37,365 bases of DNA from an uncultured Clostridia bacterium (GCA_944386145.1 CALWZZ010000002.1:1-37365); one strand, 5' to 3'; shown: positions 27,899-36,326, counted from the stretch's first letter. Program-made: numbers and translations. Notes: a model not told the origin generated them from the letters alone.

Positions 27899-28920
27899 TG
27901 AAAAAAGAATTAATTGCGCATAGAGATCCGAAGTCTCCTGTTTCTGAAGTTTTTAGAACATTAAGAACCAATATTCAATTTATGAATACCAATAATAAAT
28001 TAAAAACATTATTAGTAACATCTACATTACCAGGTGAAGGAAAAAGCTGGGTAACATCCAATTTAGCTGTTACTTTTGCACAAGCAGGAAAAAAAGTAGT
28101 TTTAGTTGATGCAGATATGAGGAAAGGAAGACAATATACCATTTTTGAGGTTTCTCCAAGACCAGGACTTTCAAATTATCTATCTGGGTTTGATAGTAAC
28201 ACAGGAGAAGAAATTTCAGAAGATTTAGCGAATTATATACAAGATACGCAAATTCCAAATCTATACATTATACCAGCTGGAAATATACCACCAAACCCAT
28301 CAGAATTATTAATTTCAACAAAAATGGTTAGTTTATTAGATAGATTAAAAGAATTATGTGATTTAGTCATTATTGATGGAACACCTTGTGAATTGGTAAC
28401 AGATTCAATTATACTTTCTAGAATTGTTGATTCTACAGTAATTGTAACTGCACATAAACAAACAAAGAAAGATGATTTACAAAAAATTGTTACCAATATT
28501 CAAAATGTAGGTGGAAAAATTGCAGGTATTGTGTTAAATAAAATACCAGTATCTGCTAAGAAATATGAACAATCATATTATTATGGCTCAACAACAATGA
28601 AAAATCCAAACATGAGACCTAAAACAAATAGAGTACCAGCGAATAATCGACTTAATATGTCTAGACAGAATAAAGTAGAAGATATGAAAAGAAGAGTAAG
28701 ACCAGAAAATCCACAAGCTTCAAGAAATAATCGAGAAATGCAAAATGCTAATCATAAAATAAATAGAAATACGACAAATCATGAACAGCCTAAATCATTA
28801 GACAATAAAATAAAGATAGATACCTCTGGAGATGTATCTTTGGAAAAAACAACAGATATTTTAAATCAAATTAATGCTTATCTAGATGAAGAAAAGAAAA
28901 ATCTAAATAATAAATCTTAA
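27898..28920 (+). CDS. CpsD/CapB-type tyrosine autokinase (BY-kinase) with a long C-terminal extension
   Basis: Walker A GEGKSW, Walker A' VLVDADMRK, Walker B LVIIDGTP, Tyr cluster YEQSYYYG, followed by about 110 N/R/K-rich residues. Confidence 0.9.
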   Translation: MKKELIAHRDPKSPVSEVFRTLRTNIQFMNTNNKLKTLLVTSTLPGEGKSWVTSNLAVTFAQAGKKVVLVDADMRKGRQYTIFEVSPRPGLSNYLSGFDSNTGEEISEDLANYIQDTQIPNLYIIPAGNIPPNPSELLISTKMVSLLDRLKELCDLVIIDGTPCELVTDSIILSRIVDSTVIVTAHKQTKKDDLQKIVTNIQNVGGKIAGIVLNKIPVSAKKYEQSYYYGSTTMKNPNMRPKTNRVPANNRLNMSRQNKVEDMKRRVRPENPQASRNNREMQNANHKINRNTTNHEQPKSLDNKIKIDTSGDVSLEKTTDILNQINAYLDEEKKNLNNKS

Positions 28921-28923
28921 TAC

Positions 28924-28945
28924 AAGAGACTTTAACAAGTCTCTT
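28924..28945 (+). terminator. Hairpin after the BY-kinase gene (9-bp stem, TAAC loop), weak terminator
   Basis: AAGAGACTT taac AAGTCTCTT followed by CTTCTTC. Confidence 0.45.
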
Positions 28946-28998
28946 CTTCATGGCATATACAAAAATCGTCAAAATTGGACAAAATTTGCAAATACATA

Positions 28999-29027
28999 TT
29001 GAAAAAATATTAAGATAACGGTATACT
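28999..29027 (+). promoter_or_regulatory. Candidate promoter for the phosphatase gene (TTGAAA-17-TATACT)
   Basis: Hexamers at 28999-29004 and 29022-29027. Confidence 0.5.
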
Positions 29028-29071
29028 ATTATAGACACTGCAAAAAACGAAGAAAAAGGAGCAAAAGAAAA

Positions 29072-29854
29072 ATGATAGACTTTCATTCACATATATTACC
29101 AAATATTGATGATGGTTCAAGAAGTATAGAAGAAACATTTAATCTAATTAAAGAAGCAGAAAAAGCAGGATTTGAGGCAGTTATATCTACCTCACATTAT
29201 ATGGAAAATTATTATGAAACAGATGTACCAGAAAGAGAAGTATGGGTCAAAGCAATTTTAGAAAATTTAAAAACAAAAAATATTAATACCACTTTATATT
29301 TAGGAAATGAGATTTATTTTACAAATAATATTATTGAATTGTTAGAAAAGAGAAAGGCATCAACCATTAATGATACAAGTTATGTCTTGTTTGAATTACC
29401 TTTAAATGCGGAACCTATGAACTTATATGATGTGGTATATGATATGTTGCAATATAAATTAGTACCAGTTTTAGCACATCCAGAAAGATATAGTTTTGTA
29501 CAAAAGGAACCAGACTTGGTGTATGATTTAATAGAAAAAGGGGTATTAATGCAAGCAAATTATGGCAGTATCATTGGACAATATGGTGAAAAGGCACAGA
29601 TGATTGTTAGAAGATTTTTTGAGAATAATATGATACATTTTTTGGGCTCAGATGTCCATAGACAAAATACAATTTACCCAAAAATTCCTCAAATATTGGA
29701 TGAGATAGCAGATATTATCGGAGAAGAAAAGTTAGAGGAATTAACAACGACAAATCCAAAATTAGTTTTAAGTAACAAAAAGATTGAAATCGACGAACCA
29801 TTTGATTTTAAATTATCCTTAAAAGAAAAAATTATTATGAATTTTAAGAAATAA
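29072..29854 (+). CDS. CpsB/YwqE-type PHP-family protein-tyrosine phosphatase
   Basis: N-terminus MIDFHSHILPNIDDG, plus AHPERY and GSDVH metal-binding motifs. Confidence 0.9.
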   Translation: MIDFHSHILPNIDDGSRSIEETFNLIKEAEKAGFEAVISTSHYMENYYETDVPEREVWVKAILENLKTKNINTTLYLGNEIYFTNNIIELLEKRKASTINDTSYVLFELPLNAEPMNLYDVVYDMLQYKLVPVLAHPERYSFVQKEPDLVYDLIEKGVLMQANYGSIIGQYGEKAQMIVRRFFENNMIHFLGSDVHRQNTIYPKIPQILDEIADIIGEEKLEELTTTNPKLVLSNKKIEIDEPFDFKLSLKEKIIMNFKK

Positions 29855-29996
29855 TAGCATTGTTGAAGAATTTGAATAATATAAAAAGAAATAGAATTTC
29901 ATCAAATAAGTTACCAAAGATTTCATGATAAATAAAAAGGGACAATAGGATTTGAAAATAAAATTAAAATTGATTTTAAGGAAAGGAAGTTGAACA

Positions 29997-31361
29997 ATGA
30001 GAAAATATTTTGGAACAGATGGTATTAGAAGGATTGCCAATACAGAATTAACCCCAGAATTGGTGTATAAAGTTGCAAAAGCAGGTGCATATGTGTTATC
30101 AAAACATACAGACCATACACCAACGATTTTAATAGGAAGAGATACACGTATTTCTGGAACATTAATTGAGAGTGCTATGACAGCTGGATTTTTAAGTTAT
30201 GGAGCAAATGTCAAATTATTAGGCGTTATTCCAACACCAGCAGTAGCATATTTAACCAGAAAATTGAAAGCAGATGCAAGTGTGGTAATTTCGGCTTCAC
30301 ATAATACATTTGAATTTAATGGTGTAAAATATTTTAGCAATAAGGGAACCAAAATTCCAGACGCACTAGAAGAAGAAATTGAGGAAGTAATGGATTCTGG
30401 AAAATTAGAAGAATTGACAGCCAAAAATGAAAAAATTGGTGTTGCAGAATATTGTTTTGATTTAATGAATGAATACATCTATTTTTTTAGAAAGCATTTT
30501 GATGATACAATCGAACCCCACTTACGTGATGATTTTGTTGTTGGAATAGATACAGCAAATGGTGCAACATCAGTCGTTGCAGAAAAAGTTTTTAAAGATT
30601 TAGGAATCAATTATAAAATTATCAATAATACACCAGATGGAATCAATATTAATGATAATTGTGGTTCTACCCATTTAGGCAATTTAAAGAAATTTGTTGT
30701 TGATAACAAATTAAGTTTAGGAATTGCTTATGATGGAGATGGCGATAGATGTTTAGCCGTTGATGAAAATGGGGAAGAAATTGATGGAGATAAATTATTA
30801 GCCATTATTTCTTCAAGTTTAAGAAAAAAAGGAAAACTAAATAAAGATACTATTGTAGCTACAGTTATGAGTAATTTGGGATTAAATAAATATGCTGAAA
30901 ACAATGGGCTACAATTGAAACAAACAAAAGTAGGAGACAGATATGTTTTAGAAGAAATGCTAAAAAATGGCTATAACCTAGGCGGAGAACAATCAGGACA
31001 CGTCATTTTATTGGATTATAACCCAACAGGAGATGGTATCTTAACATCGCTAATGTTAATTCAAACAATCTTAGAAGAAAATAAAAAAGCGTCAGAATTA
31101 GCAAGCATTATCAAATTATATCCACAAGTCTTAATTAATGCAAAAGTAAATGCTGACAAAAAATATGATTATGAAAAAGACGAAGATATTAAGAAAGCGA
31201 TCGAAGATGTTGAAAAAGAATTTGCAGGAAATGGAAGAGTTTTAATTAGACCATCAGGAACAGAACCATTAGTAAGAGTTATGATTGAAGGCGAAGATCA
31301 AGCATACATAACGAAAAGAGCACAAGAAATTGTGAATCTAATTGAAAAAAAATTGAAATAA
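29997..31361 (+). CDS. glmM: Phosphoglucosamine mutase
   Basis: YFGTDGIRR, active-site SASHN, metal loop DGDGDR, GEQSGH, and RPSGTEPLVRVM. Confidence 0.93.
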   Translation: MRKYFGTDGIRRIANTELTPELVYKVAKAGAYVLSKHTDHTPTILIGRDTRISGTLIESAMTAGFLSYGANVKLLGVIPTPAVAYLTRKLKADASVVISASHNTFEFNGVKYFSNKGTKIPDALEEEIEEVMDSGKLEELTAKNEKIGVAEYCFDLMNEYIYFFRKHFDDTIEPHLRDDFVVGIDTANGATSVVAEKVFKDLGINYKIINNTPDGININDNCGSTHLGNLKKFVVDNKLSLGIAYDGDGDRCLAVDENGEEIDGDKLLAIISSSLRKKGKLNKDTIVATVMSNLGLNKYAENNGLQLKQTKVGDRYVLEEMLKNGYNLGGEQSGHVILLDYNPTGDGILTSLMLIQTILEENKKASELASIIKLYPQVLINAKVNADKKYDYEKDEDIKKAIEDVEKEFAGNGRVLIRPSGTEPLVRVMIEGEDQAYITKRAQEIVNLIEKKLK

Positions 31362-31478
31362 ATTCGATTTGTTAATTAATATTGTAATCAATTTGTAACA
31401 TAAATGTAAATAAAAAAGCATTGATATATCAAAGGTAAAATGATAACATAAATGTATAATCTAAGGGGGTTGTGTTAG

Positions 31479-31817
31479 ATGTTCATTTTTGATATATCAA
31501 ATATTTTAAATTTAATTTTAATGCTTATAGCAACAATATTATTAATCTTTTTAGCACAAGAGCTAAAGAAAAGTTATATAACTGGAATTGCATTGTTTGC
31601 ATATCTAATTTTATTGATTGTACATGCAGGACAGATGATAACATTACCAGCAGAATTTCGTGATATGTTACCAGTGCTTGGAAGATGTATAGCAATTGAT
31701 TTTGTATTTATATTTATTACATTCTTTGCATATTTATGGGTTGATGATATTGAAGCTAAGAAAATGCAAAAGAAAAGCCTTGATAATAGTTTAGACTGGT
31801 TATGGAAAAATGTATAA
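31479..31817 (+). CDS. Small three-TM membrane protein, unknown function
   Basis: RBS AAGGGGG upstream and three hydrophobic helices. No recognisable family. Confidence 0.55.
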   Translation: MFIFDISNILNLILMLIATILLIFLAQELKKSYITGIALFAYLILLIVHAGQMITLPAEFRDMLPVLGRCIAIDFVFIFITFFAYLWVDDIEAKKMQKKSLDNSLDWLWKNV

Positions 31818-32123
31818 TGTCTAATTGTCCAATTGGGGACGTTTCTTTCCGAGACATTTTTATGTTAACAATAATATTGGAAAAATAATGTATATAATAT
31901 TTTATTCATTAAATGGCTAACATTACAGAATATACAAATTCTAATATTACCAAGCATGAAATTGCTGGCACACCGCAGATTTCCTACTTGATAATATAAG
32001 AATTTGTAATATTCCTCCATTTGCACATTTAATCTCATAAAATATTATATACATTATTTTTGTTAATAAATTTTTATAAAATTGATAAAATGTCTCAGAA
32101 AGAAACGTCCCCAATTAGACATT
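31816..32123. repeat. 308-bp MITE-like long palindromic element with 37-45-nt terminal inverted repeats
   Basis: Left TIR 31816-31860 and right TIR 32087-32123 (AATGTCTAATT[GTCCAATT]GGGGACGTTTCTTTCYGAGACATTTT). Internal matching blocks include a 24-nt exact inverted match (AAAATAATGTATATAATATTTTAT). Confidence 0.85.
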
Positions 32124-33096
32124 CTAGTATTTGGATAGCATTACTTGCTGCGCCTTTTCTTAAGTTATCTGCGACAACCCACAAATTTAGTCCATACTTA
32201 ACACTAAAATCTTTTCTAATTCGCCCAACAAAAACTTCATTATATCCATCTGCTTTTGTTGCAATTGGATAATAATTTTTTTCAATATCATCTACGACAA
32301 TAACACCAGGGAAATTTTGTAACAATTGTTTTACATCATAAAGATCAAAATCTTTTTCAAATTCAACATTAATGGATTCACTATGGCAATTCAAAACAGG
32401 GACACGCACAGTGGTAGCGGTAATTGGCAAATGTGGTCTATTTAAAATCTTTCTAGTTTCATTTATCATTTTATGTTCTTCTTTTGTATAACCATCATCC
32501 ATAAAGACATCAATATGTGGCAAGCAGTTATTAAAAATCGGATAAGGAAATTTCTTGGGAGCAAAGCCATTCATTCCGTTTTCTAAATCTTCAATGCCTT
32601 CTCTTCCAGCACCAGAAACCGCCTGATAAGTAGAATACACAATTCTTTTAATTTGGTAAGCATCATCTAAAGGCTTTAAAGGAACAACGGCTTGAATCGT
32701 AGAGCAATTAGGATTAGCAATAATTCCTTTATTTTTAAAAGCTTCTTGCATATTTACTTCTGGAACGACTAGAGGAACATCAGGATCCATTCTGTAAACA
32801 CTACTGTTATCAATGCAAATACAGTCATGTTGGACAGCAATAGGTATGTACTTTTTAGAAACGCTACCTCCTGCACAGAAAATGGCATAATCAAAATGTT
32901 TGTTAAACGAATTTTCATCTAACTCTTGTAGAATATAATTCATTCCAAAAAATTCAATCTTTTTACCAGCAGATCTTTTAGAGGAAAATAACGTATATTC
33001 AATATTTGGGAGCGATTTTTCCTCTAATACTTTTAAGGCAGTTCTTCCTACAACACCGCTGGCTCCAACAATTGCTACTCTATATCTTGTTTTCAT
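32095..33096 (-). CDS. asd: Aspartate-semialdehyde dehydrogenase
   Basis: VAIVGASGVVG and active site IANPNCSTIQ. Start chosen at MKTRYRV after GGAAAGGATGG (the ORF track extends to 33117). The last 8 codons lie inside the repeat TIR. Confidence 0.9.
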   Translation of the reverse strand: MKTRYRVAIVGASGVVGRTALKVLEEKSLPNIEYTLFSSKRSAGKKIEFFGMNYILQELDENSFNKHFDYAIFCAGGSVSKKYIPIAVQHDCICIDNSSVYRMDPDVPLVVPEVNMQEAFKNKGIIANPNCSTIQAVVPLKPLDDAYQIKRIVYSTYQAVSGAGREGIEDLENGMNGFAPKKFPYPIFNNCLPHIDVFMDDGYTKEEHKMINETRKILNRPHLPITATTVRVPVLNCHSESINVEFEKDFDLYDVKQLLQNFPGVIVVDDIEKNYYPIATKADGYNEVFVGRIRKDFSVKYGLNLWVVADNLRKGAASNAIQILECLIGDVSF

Positions 33097-33175
33097 ATAG
33101 CTAACCATCCTTTCCATAGATAAAAAATTATTCTATTTTAAAGTATATGCTTGTTAAAAGAAAAATTGCATAATA

Positions 33176-33398
33176 GAGACAGTTTGGGACAGGTTAGGTC
33201 CAATTGGGGACGTTTCCTGATGTCAATGGGGACGGAGATTTTGACAACTTTAATACTTATAATACTTACAATACTAATACTTATAATATTTGTAATTTTA
33301 GTTAACAAAATTTAAAATTGTAAAAGTTGTCAAAATCTCCGTCCCCATTGACATCAGGAAACGTCCCCAATTGGACCTAACCTGTCCCAAACTGTCTC
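33176..33398. repeat. 223-bp palindromic element with perfect 76-bp arms and a 71-nt AT-rich spacer
   Basis: 33176-33251 is the exact reverse complement of 33323-33398. The spacer carries roughly 9-nt periodic AATACTTAY units. Confidence 0.95.
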
Positions 33399-33464
33399 AT
33401 TAGAACAATTGTAACAGAAAAAGAATACAATATACTAGACATAAAATGGAGGTGTAGTAAACAA

Positions 33465-33692
33465 ATGAGCAGAAGAACAATTAATACATTAGCAATGGAG
33501 GAAATAGGAATTGTTAGTAAAATTATAGGAGAAGAAACAATAAAAAGAAGATTGTTAGATTTAGGATTAATAGAAGGAACAGAAATAAAACCTGTATTGA
33601 TAAGTCCTTCAGGAGACCCTAGAGCTTTTGAATTTAGAGGAGGATTAATTGCTATTAGAAAAGAAGATGCAGAAAATGTGGAAATAAGATAA
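33465..33692 (+). CDS. feoA: Ferrous iron transport protein FeoA
   Basis: 75 aa, SH3-like FeoA pattern (RLLDLGLIEGTEI ... IAIRKEDAENVEI). Confidence 0.85.
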   Translation: MSRRTINTLAMEEIGIVSKIIGEETIKRRLLDLGLIEGTEIKPVLISPSGDPRAFEFRGGLIAIRKEDAENVEIR

Positions 33693-33727
33693 GAATGTTG
33701 AATTGTTATTTATGAAAAAAATGAAGT

Positions 33728-33754
33728 TAAGAAAATATCTAGATTTCTTATTTT
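33728..33754 (+). terminator. Hairpin plus T-tract between feoA and feoB (possible attenuator or partial terminator)
   Basis: TAAGAAA / TTTCTTA stem with a 9-nt loop, followed by TTTT. Confidence 0.35.
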
Positions 33755-33898
33755 AATAAAATACTAGATAGTTGTTTTTTACTATTAAATTGAAACGACA
33801 AAAAGTGTTAAGTTATTTTTATAAAATGAAAATTTATCACAAAATCAATAAAATTTATATACTATAAAATAAACGCAAGTAGGTAAAAGGAGGCATGT

Positions 33899-36142
33899 AT
33901 GAGGATATTAAAAAAAGATAGAGGTGTAAAACAAAATAAAATAGAAACAAAAGCAAAGTATACAGTAGCATTAGCAGGAAATCCAAATGTAGGAAAGTCT
34001 ACAATATTTAATAATCTGACAGGAATGAACCAGCACACTGGTAACTGGACAGGTAAAACAGTTGCAAATGCAACTGGATATTTTGAGTATAGAGGAGAAA
34101 ATTATCAATTAGTGGACATTCCTGGTACATATTCTATTATGTCTCATTCAGAGGAAGAAGAAATTGCCAGAAATTATATTTGTTTTGGAAACCCAGATGT
34201 GACAATAGTTGTAGTTGACGCAACTTGTTTGGAAAGAAACTTAAATTTGGTGTTACAAATAGCAGAAATAACGGACAATATTATTTTGTGTGTGAATTTA
34301 TTAGATGAAGCAAAAAAGAAGAAAATAACCGTTGATTTAGAAAGATTATCACAAATTTTAAAAATACCAGTGGTTGGTGTAACAGCTAGAAATAAGAAAA
34401 CATTAAATGAACTACTAAAGGTAACCAGAAAAGCTTGTGAACATAAGGAAGAAGCAAAAACGATATATCAAGTACAATATGAAGAATCAATCGAAAAAGC
34501 AATCCAAGAACTTCAAGAAATGTTGATGAAACAATATTCAATAAAGCCAAAACTAGCAAGATGGATTGGTATTAAAATTTTAGATGGGGAAGAGAGCATT
34601 ATAAAAGAAATAGAAAATCATTTACATATAGATATAAGGGAGAATGATGGAAGAAAATCAAATAAACATAATGAAAATGACAATAACAGTAAAACTAAGT
34701 TAGATACAAAAGAGATTTGTAAAAAAGACAAAGAGGAGAAAATTGAAAATAAAAATACACTAAAAATAAAGAAGAAACAGATAATAAAAGATTTGCAAGA
34801 AAAAGGAATCACCCAAGAAATTTTTAAAGAAAAATTAGTAACTACTATGGTTAAAAATGCAGAAGAAATTGCAAAAAAGGTATGTAAATTTGAAAATAAG
34901 GCATATGCCAAAAGAGATAGAAAAATCGATAAAATACTTACATCTAAAAAATATGGCATTCCCATTATGATACTATTTTTACTCATCATATTTTGGATTA
35001 CCATAGTAGGTGCCAATTATCCATCTCAATTTTTATTTAGTGTATTTGGAAATATACAAGAAAAACTAATCCAATTTGCTACATATATACATTGTCCAGA
35101 ATGGTTATCCAATATGTTAATATTAGGTGTATATCAAACCTTAACATGGGTCATATCGGTCATGTTGCCACCAATGGCTATCTTTTTCCCGTTATTTACT
35201 ATATTAGAAGATTTGGGATATTTACCAAGGATTGCATTTAATATGGATGGCTTTTTTAAAAAGGCTTGTTGCAGTGGAAAACAGATGATTACCATGTGCA
35301 TGGGATTTGGTTGCAATAGTTGTGGTGTAACAGGTTGTAGAATTATTGATTCACCAAGAGAACGATTAATTGCTATTTTAACAAACAATTTAGTTCCTTG
35401 TAATGGAAGATTTCCATTTTTAATCACAATTGCAAGTATATTTATAGCAGGAACGATAGGGGGAATAGGTGCCTCAATTTTATCAACAGTATCTGTGATA
35501 CTCGTCATCATATTGGGAATTATTATGACATTGGTTATCTCAAAAATATTATCCAAAACCATATTAAAAGGAATGCCATCATCATTTGTACTAGAATTGC
35601 CACCATATCGAAAGCCACAATTTTTAAAAGTATTGGTTAGGTCTATTTTTGATAGAACCATCTTTATATTGGGAAGAGCAATCGCAGTTGCGGCACCTGC
35701 TGGCCTTGTTATATGGCTATTTGCTAATATTGGTATACAGGGAGAAAGTTTATTAACAATCATAGCAAACTTTTTAGACCCATTGGCAAATCTTATGGGA
35801 TTAGATGGCTATATTTTAACAGCTTTTATATTTGGAATTCCTGCAAATGAAATTGTGCTTCCAATTATCCTTATGTGTTATATGCAAGGAACATCATTGG
35901 TCAATATGGAAGATACATTTGCAATAGGGGAAATTTTAAGACAAAATGGTTGGACGATTTTGACAGCAATTAATGTGATGTTATTTACAGTATTCCATTT
36001 CCCTTGTGCGACAACTTTACTGACAATAAAAAAGGAAACGGGAAGCCTAAAATGGACGGCTATTAGTTTTTTAATTCCAACCGTTTGCGGAATTGTGATT
36101 TGTATGTTCACAACTTTTATTTATCATGTTTTGGTAATTTAA
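33899..36142 (+). CDS. feoB: Ferrous iron transporter FeoB
   Basis: G-domain GNPNVGKST, DIPG and NLLD, with a polytopic C-terminal permease. Contains a K/E/N-rich insertion between the G/helical domain and the membrane domain. Confidence 0.93.
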   Translation: MRILKKDRGVKQNKIETKAKYTVALAGNPNVGKSTIFNNLTGMNQHTGNWTGKTVANATGYFEYRGENYQLVDIPGTYSIMSHSEEEEIARNYICFGNPDVTIVVVDATCLERNLNLVLQIAEITDNIILCVNLLDEAKKKKITVDLERLSQILKIPVVGVTARNKKTLNELLKVTRKACEHKEEAKTIYQVQYEESIEKAIQELQEMLMKQYSIKPKLARWIGIKILDGEESIIKEIENHLHIDIRENDGRKSNKHNENDNNSKTKLDTKEICKKDKEEKIENKNTLKIKKKQIIKDLQEKGITQEIFKEKLVTTMVKNAEEIAKKVCKFENKAYAKRDRKIDKILTSKKYGIPIMILFLLIIFWITIVGANYPSQFLFSVFGNIQEKLIQFATYIHCPEWLSNMLILGVYQTLTWVISVMLPPMAIFFPLFTILEDLGYLPRIAFNMDGFFKKACCSGKQMITMCMGFGCNSCGVTGCRIIDSPRERLIAILTNNLVPCNGRFPFLITIASIFIAGTIGGIGASILSTVSVILVIILGIIMTLVISKILSKTILKGMPSSFVLELPPYRKPQFLKVLVRSIFDRTIFILGRAIAVAAPAGLVIWLFANIGIQGESLLTIIANFLDPLANLMGLDGYILTAFIFGIPANEIVLPIILMCYMQGTSLVNMEDTFAIGEILRQNGWTILTAINVMLFTVFHFPCATTLLTIKKETGSLKWTAISFLIPTVCGIVICMFTTFIYHVLVI

Positions 36143-36167
36143 TATAATTAATGATATAAATATATAA

Positions 36168-36209
36168 TCCCCATATTGGTATTGTATGGGGAATTTATAT
36201 TTATTTTTT
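36168..36209 (+). terminator. Rho-independent terminator after feoB
   Basis: TCCCCATA / TATGGGGA stem with a 9-nt loop, then a T-rich tail ending TTTTTT. Confidence 0.65.
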
Positions 36210-36249
36210 GACTTCAAACTTTTTATGGTTTTGCTCTGTTTTTTATCAT

Positions 36250-36326
36250 AAAAAAAGTATGTGTAGTTACGGTACACATACGAGTAAATGTTATCCTCAA
36301 CCTAATCTAGGATACATTTTTGTTAT
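36250..36326 (-). ncRNA. Candidate small RNA of about 75 nt (minus strand): promoter, two stem-loops, intrinsic terminator
   Basis: Minus-strand TTGACA (36356-36361), 17-nt spacer, TGtTATTAC (-10 at 36333-36338). Hairpin TATCCT/AGGATA. Terminator stem 36257-36265/36273-36281, followed on the minus strand by T7 (36250-36256). No ORF longer than 6 codons. Confidence 0.3.

Noticed and set aside
33191-33390. attC-like (integron recombination site) reading of the palindrome, because GTTAGGT (GTTRRRY) and ACCTAAC (RYYYAAC) occur in the arms
   Set aside because: - The order is inverted relative to an attC site (R'' RYYYAAC first, R' GTTRRRY last).
- The arms are perfectly complementary, without the extrahelical bases typical of attC.
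- No integrase or cassette structure is nearby.
33399-33464. Fur box upstream of feoA
   Set aside because: No convincing match to the GATAATGATAATCATTATC-type 19-mer was seen by eye. A matrix scan would be needed, so no site is called.
58-36277. The many antisense ORFs of 60-210 codons in the track (for example 391-684, 10431-10925, 11710-12174, 26013-26414, 35134-35763)
   Set aside because: Each lies opposite a confidently identified gene, lacks an RBS, and has the composition expected from the antisense of AT-rich coding DNA.
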